Below, one piece after another: positions 1 through 13,000 of a DNA stretch of 64,000 bases. The position numbers and the translations under genes are program-made. The stretch's first letter is position 1, and every line of letters begins with the position of its first letter. The notes beneath the pieces were generated by a model, which worked only from the letters and a program-made list of their open reading frames with translations, ran no database searches and was not told where the DNA came from. Source of the stretch: Antedon mediterranea (lineage: Eukaryota > Animalia > Echinodermata); contig NC_092680.1 of the NCBI RefSeq assembly GCF_964355755.1, positions 16,687,045 through 16,751,044 of the forward strand. The letters are read 5' to 3'.

Positions 1-696
1 TCAGAGAACACGGGACTCACCCCCCCCCCCCCCCCACTATGTGTTATAATGATCGTGCTCTCTGACGGTCGCAATGTAACGAAAATGTTTGTAGAACTTT
101 ATCTTAAAGGATTTGAATAATAGGAATGTCAACCCTAACGATTTTCAGCCACTTAGAACGCAATTAATTATTTTATTATAGTTTATAACAACATTTTAAC
201 TGTCACTTCTACCCCAGCCCTTAGATGTTGTGAACTAATGCTGATTTATGTTGATAACAAATGACACATAAAATGTTATGTTATGAAAAATGAGGATATT
301 AAAAATGAGAAACCTCCGATAAAAAATATGTTTAGTGCGTGTGTAATTGTTAAAAAAATATTTAGTGTAGGTATCTGATATGACACTTAATGAATAGTGC
401 TATTGATCGAATGAATAAGAAACTGATAAATGGGGATATCAAATTAATAGTTACATCAAAGCAAAGCAAAGATTACATCTAGCATATTTGGTATTTTAAA
501 AATAACAATATTTACAAAATGTAATTTACTGATGAAATTGTATATTCATTTAGTTTAAGTGTATACATAATGAATGATGTAAGTGGTTCTATGTACGTTG
601 TATGTTTTATAGTAAATTAGATTTAAAAGTATAATAGCGCTTCGGCAACCACTGAAACAAATAGACCATGAAAATAAGAACATTGGCATAGATGGT

Positions 697-3048
697 ACAC
701 TTCTAATAGATGTGTGGTAGCTTCTCGTATCTTCTGCGACTACCACTTCTAATAGATGTGTGATAGCTTGTCGCATCTTCTGCAACTACCACTTATATTG
801 GATGTTTGGTAGCTTCTCGTATCTTCTGCGACTACCATTTATATTGGATGTGTGGTAGCTACTCGCATCTTCTGTGACTACCACTTCTATTGGATGTGTG
901 GTAGCTTCTCGCATCTTCTGTGACTACCACTTCTATTGGATGTGTGGTAGCTACTCGTATCTTCTGTGACTACCACTTCTATTGGATGTGTGGTAGCTAC
1001 TCGCATCTTCTGTGACTACCACTTCTATTGGATGTGTAGTAGCTACTCGCATCTTCTGTGACTACCACTTCTATTGGATGTGTGGTAGCTACTCGCATCT
1101 TCTGTGACTACCACTTCTATTGGATGTGTGGTAGCTTCTCGCATCTTCTGTGACTACCATTTATATTGGATGTGTGGTAGCTACTCGTATCTTCTGTGAC
1201 TACCACTTCTATTGGATGTGTGGTAGCTACTCGTATCTTCTGTGACTACCACTTCTATTGGATGTGTAGTAGCTACTCGCATCTTCTGCGACTACCATTT
1301 ATATTGGATGTGTGGTAGCTACTCGTATCTTCTGTGACTACCACTTCTATTGGATGTGTGGTAGCTACTCGTATCTTCTGTGACTACCACTTCTATTGGA
1401 TGTGTGGTAGCTACTCGCATCTTCTGCGACTACCACTTCTATTGGATGTGTAGTAGCTACTCGTATCTTCTGTGACTACCACTTCTATTGGATGTGTAGT
1501 AGCTACTCGCATCTTCTGCGACTACCACTTCTATTGGATGTGTAGTACCTACTCGCATCTTCTGCGACTACCACTTCTATTGGATGTGTAGTAGCTACTC
1601 GCATCTTCTGCGACTACCATTTATATTGGATGTGTGGTAGCTACTCGTATCTTCTGTGACTACCACTTCTATTGGATGTGTAGTAGCTACTCGCATCTTC
1701 TGTGACTACCACTTCTATTGGATGTGTGGTAGCTACTCGCATCTTCTGTCACTACCACTTCTATTGGATGTGTAGTAGCTACTCGCATCTTCTGCGACTA
1801 CCATTTATATTGGATGTGTGGTAGCTACTCGTATCTTCTGTGACTACCACTTCTATTGGATGTGTGGTAGCTTCTCGCATCTTCTGCGACTACCACTTCT
1901 ATTGGATGTGTGGTAGCTACTCGTATCTTCTGTGACTACCACTTCTATTGGATGTGTGGTAGCTACTCGCATCTTCTGTGACTACCACTTCTATTGGATG
2001 TGTAGTAGCTACTCGCATCTTCTGCGACTACCATTTATATTGGATGTGTGGTAGCTACTCGTATCTTCTGTGACTACCACTTCTATTGGATGTGTGGTAG
2101 CTACTCGTATCTTCTGTGACTACCACTTCTATTGGATGTGTAGTAGCTACTCGCATCTTCTGCGACTACCACTTCTATTGGATGTGTAGTAGCTACTCGT
2201 ATCTTCTGTGACTACCACTTCTATTGGATGTGTAGTAGCTACTCCCATCTTCTGTGACTACCACTTCTATTGGATGTGTGGTAGCTACTCGCATCTTCTG
2301 TGACTACCACTTCTATTGGATGTGTAGTAGCTACTCGCATCTTCTGCGACTACCATTTATATTGGATGTGTGGTAGCTACTCGTATCTTCTGTGACTACC
2401 ACTTCTATTGGATGTGTGGTAGCTACTCGTATCTTCTGTGACTACCACTTCTATTGGATGTGTGGTAGTTACTCGTATCTTCTGTGACTACCACTTCTAT
2501 TGGATGTGTAGTAGCTACTCGCATCTTCTGTGACTACCACTTCTATTGGATGTGTAGTAGCTACTCGCATCTTCTGTGACTACCACTTCTATTGGATGTG
2601 TAGTAGCTACTCGTATCTTCTGTGACTACCACTTCTATTGGATGTGTAGTAGCTACTCGCATCTTCTGTGACTACCACTTCTATTGGATGTGTGGTAGCT
2701 ACTCGCATCTTCTGTGACTACCACTTCTATTGGATGTGTAGTAGCTACTCGCATCTTCTGTGACTACCACTTCTATTGGATGTGTAGTAGCTACTCGCAT
2801 CTTCTGTGACTACCACTTCTATTGGATGTGTGGTAGCTACTCGCATCTTCTGTGACTACCACTTCTATTGGATGTGTGGTAGCTTCTCGCATCTTCTGTG
2901 ACTACCATTTATATTGGATGTGTGGTAGCTTCTCGCATCTTCTGCGACTACCACTTCTATTGGATGTGTAGTAGCTACTCGCATCTTCTGCGACTACCAC
3001 TTCTATTGGATGTGTGGTAGCTACTCGCATCTTCTGTGACTACCACTT
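697..3048. repeat. 46-bp tandem minisatellite, about 51 copies, with internal inverted repeats
   Basis: Unit TTCTATTGGATGTGTGGTAGCTACTCGCATCTTCTGTGACTACCAC; the CCATTTATA variant recurs at exact multiples of 46 (835, 1157, 1295, 1617, 1801, 2031, 2353, 2905); no spacers. Confidence 0.98.
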
Positions 3049-3138
3049 GAAGAGGGAACTGAAAACAAAAAAATCATTGAGGCAGGTTACATTTAGGAAT
3101 GGGTGACCTGTGAATTGAGATAAGAAGAAGATACGTTT

Positions 3139-3303
3139 GTACGTGTGAGGGTACGTGTGAGGGTACGTGTGAGGGTACGTGTGAGGGTACGTGTGAGGGT
3201 ACGTGTGAGGGTACGTGTGAGGAAGTGTGAGGGTACGTGTGAGGGTACGTGTGAGGGTACGTGTGAGGAAGTGTGAGGGTACGTGTGGGTGAGGGTACGT
3301 GTG
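3139..3303. repeat. 12-bp tandem repeat (GTACGTGTGAGG)n
   Basis: About 13 copies; explains the spurious ORF 3040..3348 (TYPH/LTRT repeats). Confidence 0.95.
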
Positions 3304-3649
3304 CGTCGTAATGGAAACTATCAGCGCATGTTGATCATTACCATTCAAAATGGTATCATATTATCTAGAAAGCGTACTAATCCTATAAAACTAATTCAAA
3401 CCAGACGAGTCAATGATACGTATCGTAGGCGAATTGATTTTAATTCCGTCATACCCCATTTCTGTTTGTAGTACGGTACTCTATTAACAATACAACAATT
3501 GCTTCATATAATCTAACGTCCTCTCAGAGTTGTAATAGTTTTTTTTAGGTTACGAGTAGCGGAAATATAAGTTCTATAGGCCTATTGGATCGAGTGGAAT
3601 CTTTATTCAGTAGTATCGGCACTTGTTATTCTGCTTCAACTTTGTATAA

Positions 3650-4400
3650 ATATATATATTTTTTATAGCATATTAACATATATATTTTCAATGTTACAAA
3701 TATTATACAAACATTCATACATATTCAAAATTCTCTCTTATCCTATAACCATATAATTTTCCCTTCAATTAAGTCTCTTTTAATTATTTTCTTATTAAAT
3801 ATTTGCTTTATATGTTCTTCTCTTCATTTGTAAAAATGTTGAGATGTAACCTGAATTTAATTCATTTAAAAACATATTGTATATACTGATGTCCATTTCC
3901 ATTTCCAACGTTCGTTTGTATAAACAGAATATTCCGAAAGTTCCCATTTATTATAAGAAAATTTTCATTTTTTAAGGAAGAAAATTAAGTCTACTGTATG
4001 TAAGTTAAAATTGGTAAAATTTAAATTCTTAATGCATCAAAATATTTTGTTCCAAAAGGCTACCGTTATCTTACATTTTTCACAATCTACATCTTTGTAT
4101 AAATATAGAATTTTAAAACATCTACTGCCACTTTTCTAGGATATAATGTTGATATGTTATAATACTTAATACTTAATACTAATTTTTATTAGTTAGTTTA
4201 TTGGTATAGTTTAATTTAAAAGTTAATATCTGTAAACATTGTAATTTTCAAGGTCATTAATTTCAGCAAGGATGATTTCAATTCTGATAACATCAAATTG
4301 ACGTTCTAAATTAATAAGCCACTCTATGTGAGTAATAGTAATGTTCTTTCAATAAATCAACTCAAGTGAATAATTACCCCATGGTAATGTAAATGTCTCC
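3650..4400 (-). mobile_element. Highly decayed L1/Tx1-like LINE ORF2 C-terminal remnant
   Basis: Minus-strand translation near 4040-4090 gives CEKCKITVAFWNKIF, like the C-x-FW motif at the end of L1/Tx1 ORF2; many stops. Confidence 0.3.
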
Positions 4401-4561
4401 GTAAATTACTACACTTACTTTAAAATGCAATATAGCACTATTATTCATTACTTCGAAAGAAAACAGTTAATAAAATACACGTACAAATACATTTTACTGA
4501 TTCGTATCTGAATACCTATAAAGATAATAATATTATCGTCAGGCTTTGGGTATACAATTCA

Positions 4562-4680
4562 AAATATCAATGAACAGAAGGTTCCGTGTTTGAATATCGC
4601 TTTTCTCATTCTCACACATGTCCGTATCGTAACCGCTTCAAAATCGTTTCATTTCTAGTAATATAACTGGGCGGTTTAAC
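4562..4680 (+). mobile_element. Diverged copy of the tRNA-headed element at 25023-25180
   Basis: TTTTCTCATTCTCACA...TTCAAA...GGGCGGTTTA matches 25098-25177; degenerate anticodon/T-arm (ATATCAA..CAG..GGTTCCGTGTTTGA) upstream. Confidence 0.6.
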
Positions 4681-4901
4681 GTGCCTGTAAATTGATAGAA
4701 TATATATTAAGATTATATCTAATCAATTGTTGGTATTTGATCGAATTTTATTTATTATTTTTTTTAAGTTCAGATTATTATAGTGCGCGAGTCGTCAATT
4801 GATTCACTTTTAAGTTAAACTGGTGTGCAATGGATGCATTTTTGGCGTATTTTAATGGAGGAGTTTTTTAAGAGTCTATAGTGTAGGCATAATAGTAGTC
4901 G

Positions 4902-5040
4902 TTTCTTAGTCGCATGCAAACGTGACTCTACAGCTCACTATGTCGGTCGGTTGGTCGGTCGGTTGGTTAGTTGGTCGGTCGGTGGGTAAACACTAACTTA
5001 AATTTGCGCACGCGACTACAGCCATGTATATCGCCTTGTT
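4902..5040 (+). mobile_element. Short Helentron-associated element (HINE / DINE-1-like)
   Basis: T-rich start, subterminal inverted repeats AGTCGCATGC / GCACGCGACT, (GGTC)n microsatellite, 3' stem-loop then CTTGTT. Confidence 0.8.
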
Positions 5041-6140
5041 AGAAAAAAGGTGTAAAATCATGTTTGTTGACATTCTTATTGGTATGACAGAGGTATCGAC
5101 AGAAGAGGAATGATAATGTCAAGATGTTGCACGATTGACCTTTTTCTTGATGCATATCATCATAAATTAAAAAAAAGTGAAAGAATTTTTAAATACGGTA
5201 TGCCATTGGTATAACACGCTGTGCATGGAGATTCGAATAAGCCGTTAAAAAAGACAATTTCCATTTCCATTCTATACAGCAGTATGAAATACGCCGAATG
5301 ACACTTTCTTCAAACTATAAACATGTACGGTACTGAATAATTTACATGGAGCCATATCATCAATATTCTGCTAACGACTGACTGGTTAATTGTCACATGG
5401 TTTATTGAGATTTTCTTAGGAAATTGTTTGATCTATCTGACATAGCTTGAAGGGGAAATATATAATCTTTATTAACAAAGATCGAGTTCAACTTCAAAAA
5501 AACAAAAAAAAATCAAAAGTTCAAAAGAAAATGTCTGCTCGATAGAGAGATTAATCATGTATCATTGTTATGTCTTCTCTCTTTTTCCCTCTATATTTAT
5601 AGCAGGTATTGTGCACATTATTTTAAAAGTATTATTGGAAAACAATTAACACACATGTCTCATTGTGCTAATTATTTAACCTGTCATTTCTAAATGATAA
5701 TGAAAAAAATTAGGCCTATACATAGAAAGTGATTGATGTGATTTTTTATATTTTTACTCGCCAGAAATATTTAAAACACATGTGCCTTTGTTTCAATAAT
5801 GATTGTAAGTATTAAATGGATGTAGAATTGTGCAGATGTAATTGAGAAGGCAAAATTCAAAGAAATAATGGCTTTAAATTAAGCACATAGCCTACAACAT
5901 TTCTGCAATTGGTTTCCCGAATGCATAAATAGTTTCTTATTTCTCTTAACTAAACATTTCTCTCAAGGCCTAGAACCTTATCAAATTGATGAAAAAATAA
6001 TTTGTCTTAATTTTTGGCATACAAACTGTATCGAAGAATAATTTCATAACCTAATGGTTTACTTTCCTCGTCAGTTTCACAGCTTACAAATGACATATCA
6101 TGTTGGTTGTATCGACGTGCCGTTATTATTAATAATGCCC

Positions 6141-6249
6141 TTTTTGGTCGTGTGTCGGTATGTCGTATGTCGGTCGGTTGGTCAGTCGGTCGGTCGGTAA
6201 ACATTAACTCAAAATTTGAGCACGCGAGTGCAGCCATTTATATGGCCTT
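6141..6249 (+). mobile_element. Short HINE copy
   Basis: TTTTTGGTCGTGTG, (GGTC)n, TAAACATTAACT, GCACGCGAGT, GCCATTTATATGGC hairpin. Confidence 0.75.
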
Positions 6250-6852
6250 AAAGTTAGGCCAGATCAAACGGGAATGTCTATGCATTTCACCAGTTAGTTT
6301 AGTTAGTTTGATTTTATTCTTCTTTTTTTTTGCAATGTCAGTTCGCCTATATCAGTTACAGGTACGTCATAGGTAGACACGCATGTAGTGCACTCTCTGC
6401 CCAGTCTTCTCTCACTATTACTATTAGGGTGGTCTATCGATTGGGAGGCTGACGCACTGACTAACAAGTTAACAACAAAAAGCGTCGACCTAACGCTAGG
6501 CTAAGTGTATAGTGTCAGGAGTCGCTTTACAATATCCCATAGTAGGATGTCAGAAGACGCAATACTGTATGAAATACATTGTAGCTAGATATGATACTGG
6601 ATTGATAGGTTTTTGGCTTTATTAAAATGTATAAATGTTCTTGAATTGAAATTTGATTGAATTGTAATTATAGTCAGAATATTTGTGACAGTAGTAAGTC
6701 TGATTCATGACTTTGAGCTAGATTCTAAACTTCTAAAAGTCAAAGTATGCCATTTATTCTTTTTATATACCAAAATACCATAAAACGCATTAATAAATTA
6801 TACATGTTTTTAATTCGAACTAATGACTATTAAATGGTATTAATATTTTTTC

Positions 6853-6936
6853 TTTTTAGTCGCGTGCAACGTCGGTCGGTCGGTAAACACTAACTTGAGC
6901 ACACGTACGACTGCAGCCATCTGTATGGCCTTGTTT
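6853..6936 (+). mobile_element. Short HINE copy
   Basis: TTTTTAGTCGCGTGC, (GGTC)n, TAAACACTAACTTGAGCAC, GCCATCTGTATGGC hairpin, CTTGTTT. Confidence 0.8.
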
Positions 6937-8932
6937 CTCTCCCATAGACATTCTGAACGGTTTTCCAATGTGTTTTTTTAGATTAATTTTACCTGAAATT
7001 TTGGTGGACTAAAGATGGACATTTTGTCTTAGTGAACTAACAGAAATTAAGTTGAAGTCTGATAAAAAGTACAATAAATAGGTGATATTAACCGCGCAGG
7101 TGTACAAACAACACAGGGTCGTATAAGGTCTGCGTGAAATATGACAGTTATGTACTGAGTATTAAATGGCTCCGAAGCAGGCGAGTAAAGTAGATATTGA
7201 TGTATCATTTTGACGTACAACAGCTAGTATGTCGTTTTACTAATTGAATCTTATGATGGAATTATAATTCCATTACAATCAGCACTACTAGTTCATTCTA
7301 TGAAATGGCCGATGGGAGAGTAAACAAACCGTATAGTAATGATAAACACAACCACATTGAGGCTGGAATACCTTTCAAAATAAAATAGCTGAAACATTTC
7401 ATTGAGGACAAATTGTACATTTTTTATTAAATTTGTTAAATTTTAAATTTTAGTATTGTTAAAAATATGGAACCTACAAAACGACTAGATAATAGCCTAA
7501 CATTAAAGGAAAGCGCCCACTATTCACGTTTAAAAAAGAAATAGAAGGTTTTAAAACAATATGTATTTTGCTTATAATATTTATTATTATTGATTTAAAT
7601 TTATGAATTTAAAGAATAATATTTTTCAAACTTGATAATAATTGTCTAAATGTCAAACAAAAGTCAGAAAATCTTCTTTGCATGGAACATAATAATTGAA
7701 TTTTGGAATAGACTGTAATCGAATTAATCTACATGGAATGCAGGAGTTATAACACATCGTTTACTTTACTCTTAAGACGAGTGTATCATTATTATTCCAA
7801 GTTAATGACCGGGAACTCTTCTGAAAACAAATTAATGTCGTTGTTGAATAAACACACTTGAACAAGTAATAAAAACAACAAAAATGATTGAAATTTCAAC
7901 AATGATAATTAGCTAGTAATACTGTAGTTAATATGTATTATGTGTTGCTGTTTCATTTACAGGTGTGTGAAACTATGTACCGCAAAATGTCTGCCACATA
8001 ATACCTACTGTATCATTTAAATCACGGACCCAAAAAAAACATCTGGTGATACAAACTATTATAGCTTTGGACAAACATATTTTTCTTCTTAATCATGTAC
8101 AACTGGATACCTATTTACACAGATGATGAGCGGTAATGGTATGCTGAAACCCGCGTTATCTTGTCCAACGTATTATTGTTATCCTTATATCATTGTTTTT
8201 AAATAACATTTTATTTGAAAAGAGTATATTATTTTTGTGTTCGTTTGCTTTGGTTTCATTAAAAAAAACTCTGGCGTTATTAGGCTATCAAGGTTATAAT
8301 TATATTTTATATATAAAATGTAAAAAATCCCCTTTAAATATTAAAAGTCATCACAAATTATTCATATTAGGTTATTACAACCTTGGTAATGGGCATCACT
8401 ATTGATTTTTGTATTATTATTATTAATACAGAATTTATTTTAATCAAGTCAACCTCTTAGCCAGTTATCGTGTACTAACTATGGTGATTGAAGTGTTACA
8501 ATTGAAGAATTGTAACAAATCTGTGGAGACTCACTCACCTTGATGTTAATCAACCAAACTGTAATCCGCTTTGACGGTAATAAACATTTACACCTTTTGT
8601 TGTCTTTTATGGGCTCGTCCCACTTTTATTTTAGTTTGCAGTACAAATTATTTCAATATATACAAGTTCACTATAATAAGGCATATAGATGTATATTCTC
8701 TTGTATTATTAAAATTAAAAACAAAGGTCATGTTCTCCATTTTTTTTTATCACATGCAAGTGACGCGTACATACTTATTTGTGATTATTGTTAAAACCTG
8801 TTTTATTTTAATGACATAGTATATTTAAAAGTGAATACAAAAAATGTACAATTATTAAAAACATTTACTTATGACCTAATACAATATATATATATACAAA
8901 CATGCTGAATATTGCGGATTTCATATTGGAGT

Positions 8933-9215
8933 GGAGCTGTGGCTTGTTGGTTATGATGCTTGGCTACCAATCTAAGGGTCCTGGGTTCAAGTCCTGTCAT
9001 ATGTCAGGGTTTTTTTCTCATGACAATTTACAACTCCACTCCCAAAGACTTAATAATAAGTCTTTGTTTATGTAGAGCATCTTGTGTATATGTTTGTCTT
9101 GTGAAATTTTAAATAGTTTATCCATCCTGTAATTGGCGGGTTACTCGCTGTTGGATGAGTATGAAATAAAAAAAAAATAATAAAAAAAAAAATTAAAAAA
9201 AATAAAATAAAATAA
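8933..9215 (+). mobile_element. tRNA-derived SINE
   Basis: Pol III A box TGGCTTGTTGG (8940), B box GGTTCAAGTCC (8984-8994), unique body, AATAAA and long A-rich tail. Confidence 0.8.
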
Positions 9216-9289
9216 GTTATTAAAATTGTCTAAAAACATAATCAAGGGTTACATTTAAATTCACTTGAAATAAAAAAGGGCTACACAAG

Positions 9290-10000
9290 GGCTCTAAATA
9301 ATATACAATATTGTTTAACTTTAAAGCTGCTTTCAACATATTCATATAAAATACTGGCATATTATTTAATTTAGTATGCGCTTCAGTATTTAATTTACTA
9401 CAATTCGCAGTATATTCAACTGGATGCATATAGTAGTTCGGAATACATTTCCAAATACTTGGGTTAGGACTTAACAGTCTCTTAACCCAACTCAACTTCA
9501 GAGAGTCCACAAAGATATTAAAATTCACCATATTTATAGCACCTTTATCTACTGTGTTTATAAGAGTTTTTCTTTTAATTTTTTCCCTTTTTCCTCCCCA
9601 CAAAATCTAAATAACAATGTATCAACTTTTGGAAAGATATAAGATGGTCCATCTATTATACAAGCATTGTATATTAATTTGGAAATGGCAAGAAATTTTA
9701 TTACTGTTACCTTGCCAAAAAACGTAAGGTTTCGTTTTTCCCATAGTTTTAGTGTATTCTCTAATTTTAAAACTGTATCATCCAAATTTCTTTTAACACA
9801 AGTATGTTTATCATACCCTACGTAGATTCCAAGGAATTTCACTGGTTCTTTGGTCCATTTGATATTAAATGGCGATGTTTGTTTGTTTTAATTTGCTCCA
9901 ATCCAAATTCCTTTCGATTTACTTTATTTAACCTTAAACCTGATATTGAACAGAACATTTCAATTTCACACAGAAAATGGTTTAAACTAATTTCATCCTT
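9290..10000 (-). mobile_element. L1/Tx1-clade LINE ORF2 fragment (frameshifted)
   Basis: ORFs 9558..9842 and 9220..9603 give KFLGIYVG..W..RNLTFFGKVTVIKFLAISKLIY and WGGKREKIKR..KLSWVKRL, typical post-RT region of L1/Tx1. Confidence 0.9.
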
Positions 10001-13000
10001 TCATAACCATTTACACTTAGTGTAAAGGAAACACTTAACCTTAAAGATAACATTTCCCGATGAAAAAAAACACGAAATTGTATTGTTGAATATGCTATTT
10101 TAATGTCGCATAGTATTAGTAGTTCACTTTGACAAAAAAAAACCTAAAACTGCAATTTAACGCAACAAATAGTCAAATTGAAAGTCAATATGTTTTTTTT
10201 TATCTAACCGTTTATTTTATCGTTTTACAAATGAAAACATTTTTTTTTTTACGGAATTGATCAATTTTTATTAAAACTGCGAAATGACACATTCAAAGTA
10301 TTTTAATAATTTGTTTGTGTGTTTTTGGGGAGAAATACATCTATAGGCCTAACATTAAAAAATATCTCCGACCTAATTGAATAAAATAATATAAGTGACT
10401 CAAACGTACGGTAATGTTTAAGGGAATAACCCAACTCAGTGTAATGTATGACGGCCTGTTTTGGCAGATACTCTTCGTTGTTGGAATTCAATCGTATTTA
10501 TTACGTTTGATGAAAACTAAATAATAATAATAATGGTATTCAACAACGTGAAATATGATTAAAGTGATAGAAAATTTGATTGAAACATTTTAATAGACAG
10601 TGATTTGAGCCCAGTCGGTTAAAAAGTTGCAAAATCAATCTCATCCATTGAATATTCAGCCGACCGATTAAAGGGAGTGCTGTTGCTTAATTACGTCCAA
10701 AAAAATTTTTTTTTCCTAAAACAATCCCCAGAGGCGTGAAACTGATTTTTTTTTTAAACATTTCTTGAAGTCGATTTAAAGGCTGTTTTACATTGTTGTG
10801 GGAGAGTGATACTGTTTAATTTACTGGTTGTGATGTCTGTTGCTAAATTTTATCGTTTGGTTTTTGATTTGTTATTGAATTTAACTCCACGACATAGCAA
10901 GATAAATGTCAATATTATAGCATTTAGCTATTCTACTTATATAGCGTATAAGCACAGTGCGATATTTCTTTGATGTGGACCAAGACGACTAAACGTTTAA
11001 AAACACGAGTTTTGAGTATTTCCTCTGGCAACATAACGTCAGAGAAACACATCGGAAAGGTTAATAGTTTAATTAATCGGTAATGGAAATTACAATTGTA
11101 TATTATCTGTACAATAAATCATTAAAAACGTTGTATTAGAAAGATTTTTTAAAGAAACGGTGTTTCTAAATAAAGGTAAATAAGACATATTGGTTACAAA
11201 AAACTCTGCTCGACTTTTTTTTGACGTAACAGTTTTAATTATTGTTCTTTCTTGATTAAATTATACTTTTTTAAATGATTTTCTCTTTAATATAAGAAAT
11301 AATGATTTATCATCAATGATTTTTGTTTAACAATTAGTAGTAAACTAAGCAATAGTACTGTACATTCCAGGATTAAGACCATAGTGACCCACATACCCCG
11401 ATATTACAGTAAATAACATTTCTAATTGTCCAGCCGCCGACAAACGTACACAATAATTAAACAAGTCATCATCATACATACCATTCACCAAAATATTTAC
11501 CACGGAGGAAGGATTTTTGACAGCCATGGTTTATTGGAAAGGGATCACAGAATATTGTCTGCATACATCGCATAGATTCTCTTCTTCCAGACGTGGTTTG
11601 AGGTTGGCGCAAGCAAAGGGTAGAGTACAGTGTAATATACTGTAGTAGCCTATTTCCCTTTATCATCTTTTTTTTGTGAATGGGATTAGGCCTAGACTAT
11701 ATGTAGCATAGATTTACAATATATTATTATTACCAAATTATTATGATACAGTTTCCTAACGCTTCCATCCTCTTGAATATAACTGCCTAAACGCGCGGCA
11801 CGAAAACGACTGTGTAGTATGACGGAAACTGTAATGATGCGAAATCGGGGATTTCCATTAATATTTCTACTTAAAACAACAATTTGAATGTTTGAACTAG
11901 GATAATATGTTCTGATTAGACAACTTTCTTTGTGCTCGATTAATGTTTAGTTGTTCAGAAAACAAGTGATCAATTTTCTGTTCAATATAGGGAAGATGTT
12001 CTTAAATATAATAGGTATTTATAATTTTAAAAAAATATAGGCCATCATTGAGACACCGTGAAACGGAAATTACTGAGTGAAAATAGGTGCTTTTACCAAA
12101 ATGAAACAATAGATTGATTTGCTAAATAGGACAAAACAAATGACTTTTAATAGCATTCAATGTACCTATAATAATGATATGTGCCTAATTTTGTTTACCA
12201 ATACACGTGATCGAGGACGTACCGTCATTTCTTTGTATTTCTTTATCATCTGGCTTTTCAAAATGTTCCTTCACTTTTATTAAGGATGGCATGTATTTTC
12301 CTTTCACCTTTAGGTAACGATAATAATACCATTATATACATTCAATGATAAAGTTATCAGATAGTTGTTCACTCTTGTTCTTCTTCTGTGTCTATCGTGA
12401 ATTTTCCTTTTGATAACAAAGTTGTTTTGATTTGTATTGAAAGAACAAAAACATCAATTGAATGATATACAGTATCATTGGGGCATATCGAATGAAATAA
12501 CCCTGTTTACAGAAAATATTGCCTAAAAGCTAACATACCTATTCTTCACAAAATGAAAATGCAGTGTGCCAAAACAATTTAATGTTTCGGCACACTGCAT
12601 TTTCACCCAATACTCGTACGGTGTCATTTCCAAACCATTCAGCAAACAGATGGCTTTCAGAAAAGCGCTGTCATGACCTGAGAAAATAACGTTGTCTTCT
12701 GACACTATGTTGACTCTTGTTTCAAACGCGTTTTGTCTGAGACAACATTGACGCTTTTAAGCGGCAATGTATATGGCCAGGAGACATAAACAGAACCCAT
12801 GTTGGAGGGCAAGGTTGGCGTCAGCAGACATGATAGTTGACGCTGACACGACAACAAAATTCTATTGCATATTTGAGCAATTATGCATACATTAATCACT
12901 AAGTTACTTAGGTCTAAGTTTGTCATTTAAAAATGGAAACGAAGAACACTTTCTTATAAGAAAGAAGTTGCCAACTAATTATGTTTTTAAAAATTAGTAG

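Noticed and set aside
697-3048. Possible CRISPR array (hairpin-containing short repeats)
   Set aside because: Units are contiguous with no unique spacers, no cas genes, eukaryotic context
3040-3471. ORFs 3040..3348 and 3283..3471
   Set aside because: Products of the 12-bp repeat; no recognisable domain
10039-11292. Possible TTAA-flanked (Kolobok-like) element
   Set aside because: Could not identify matching TIRs at both ends by eye
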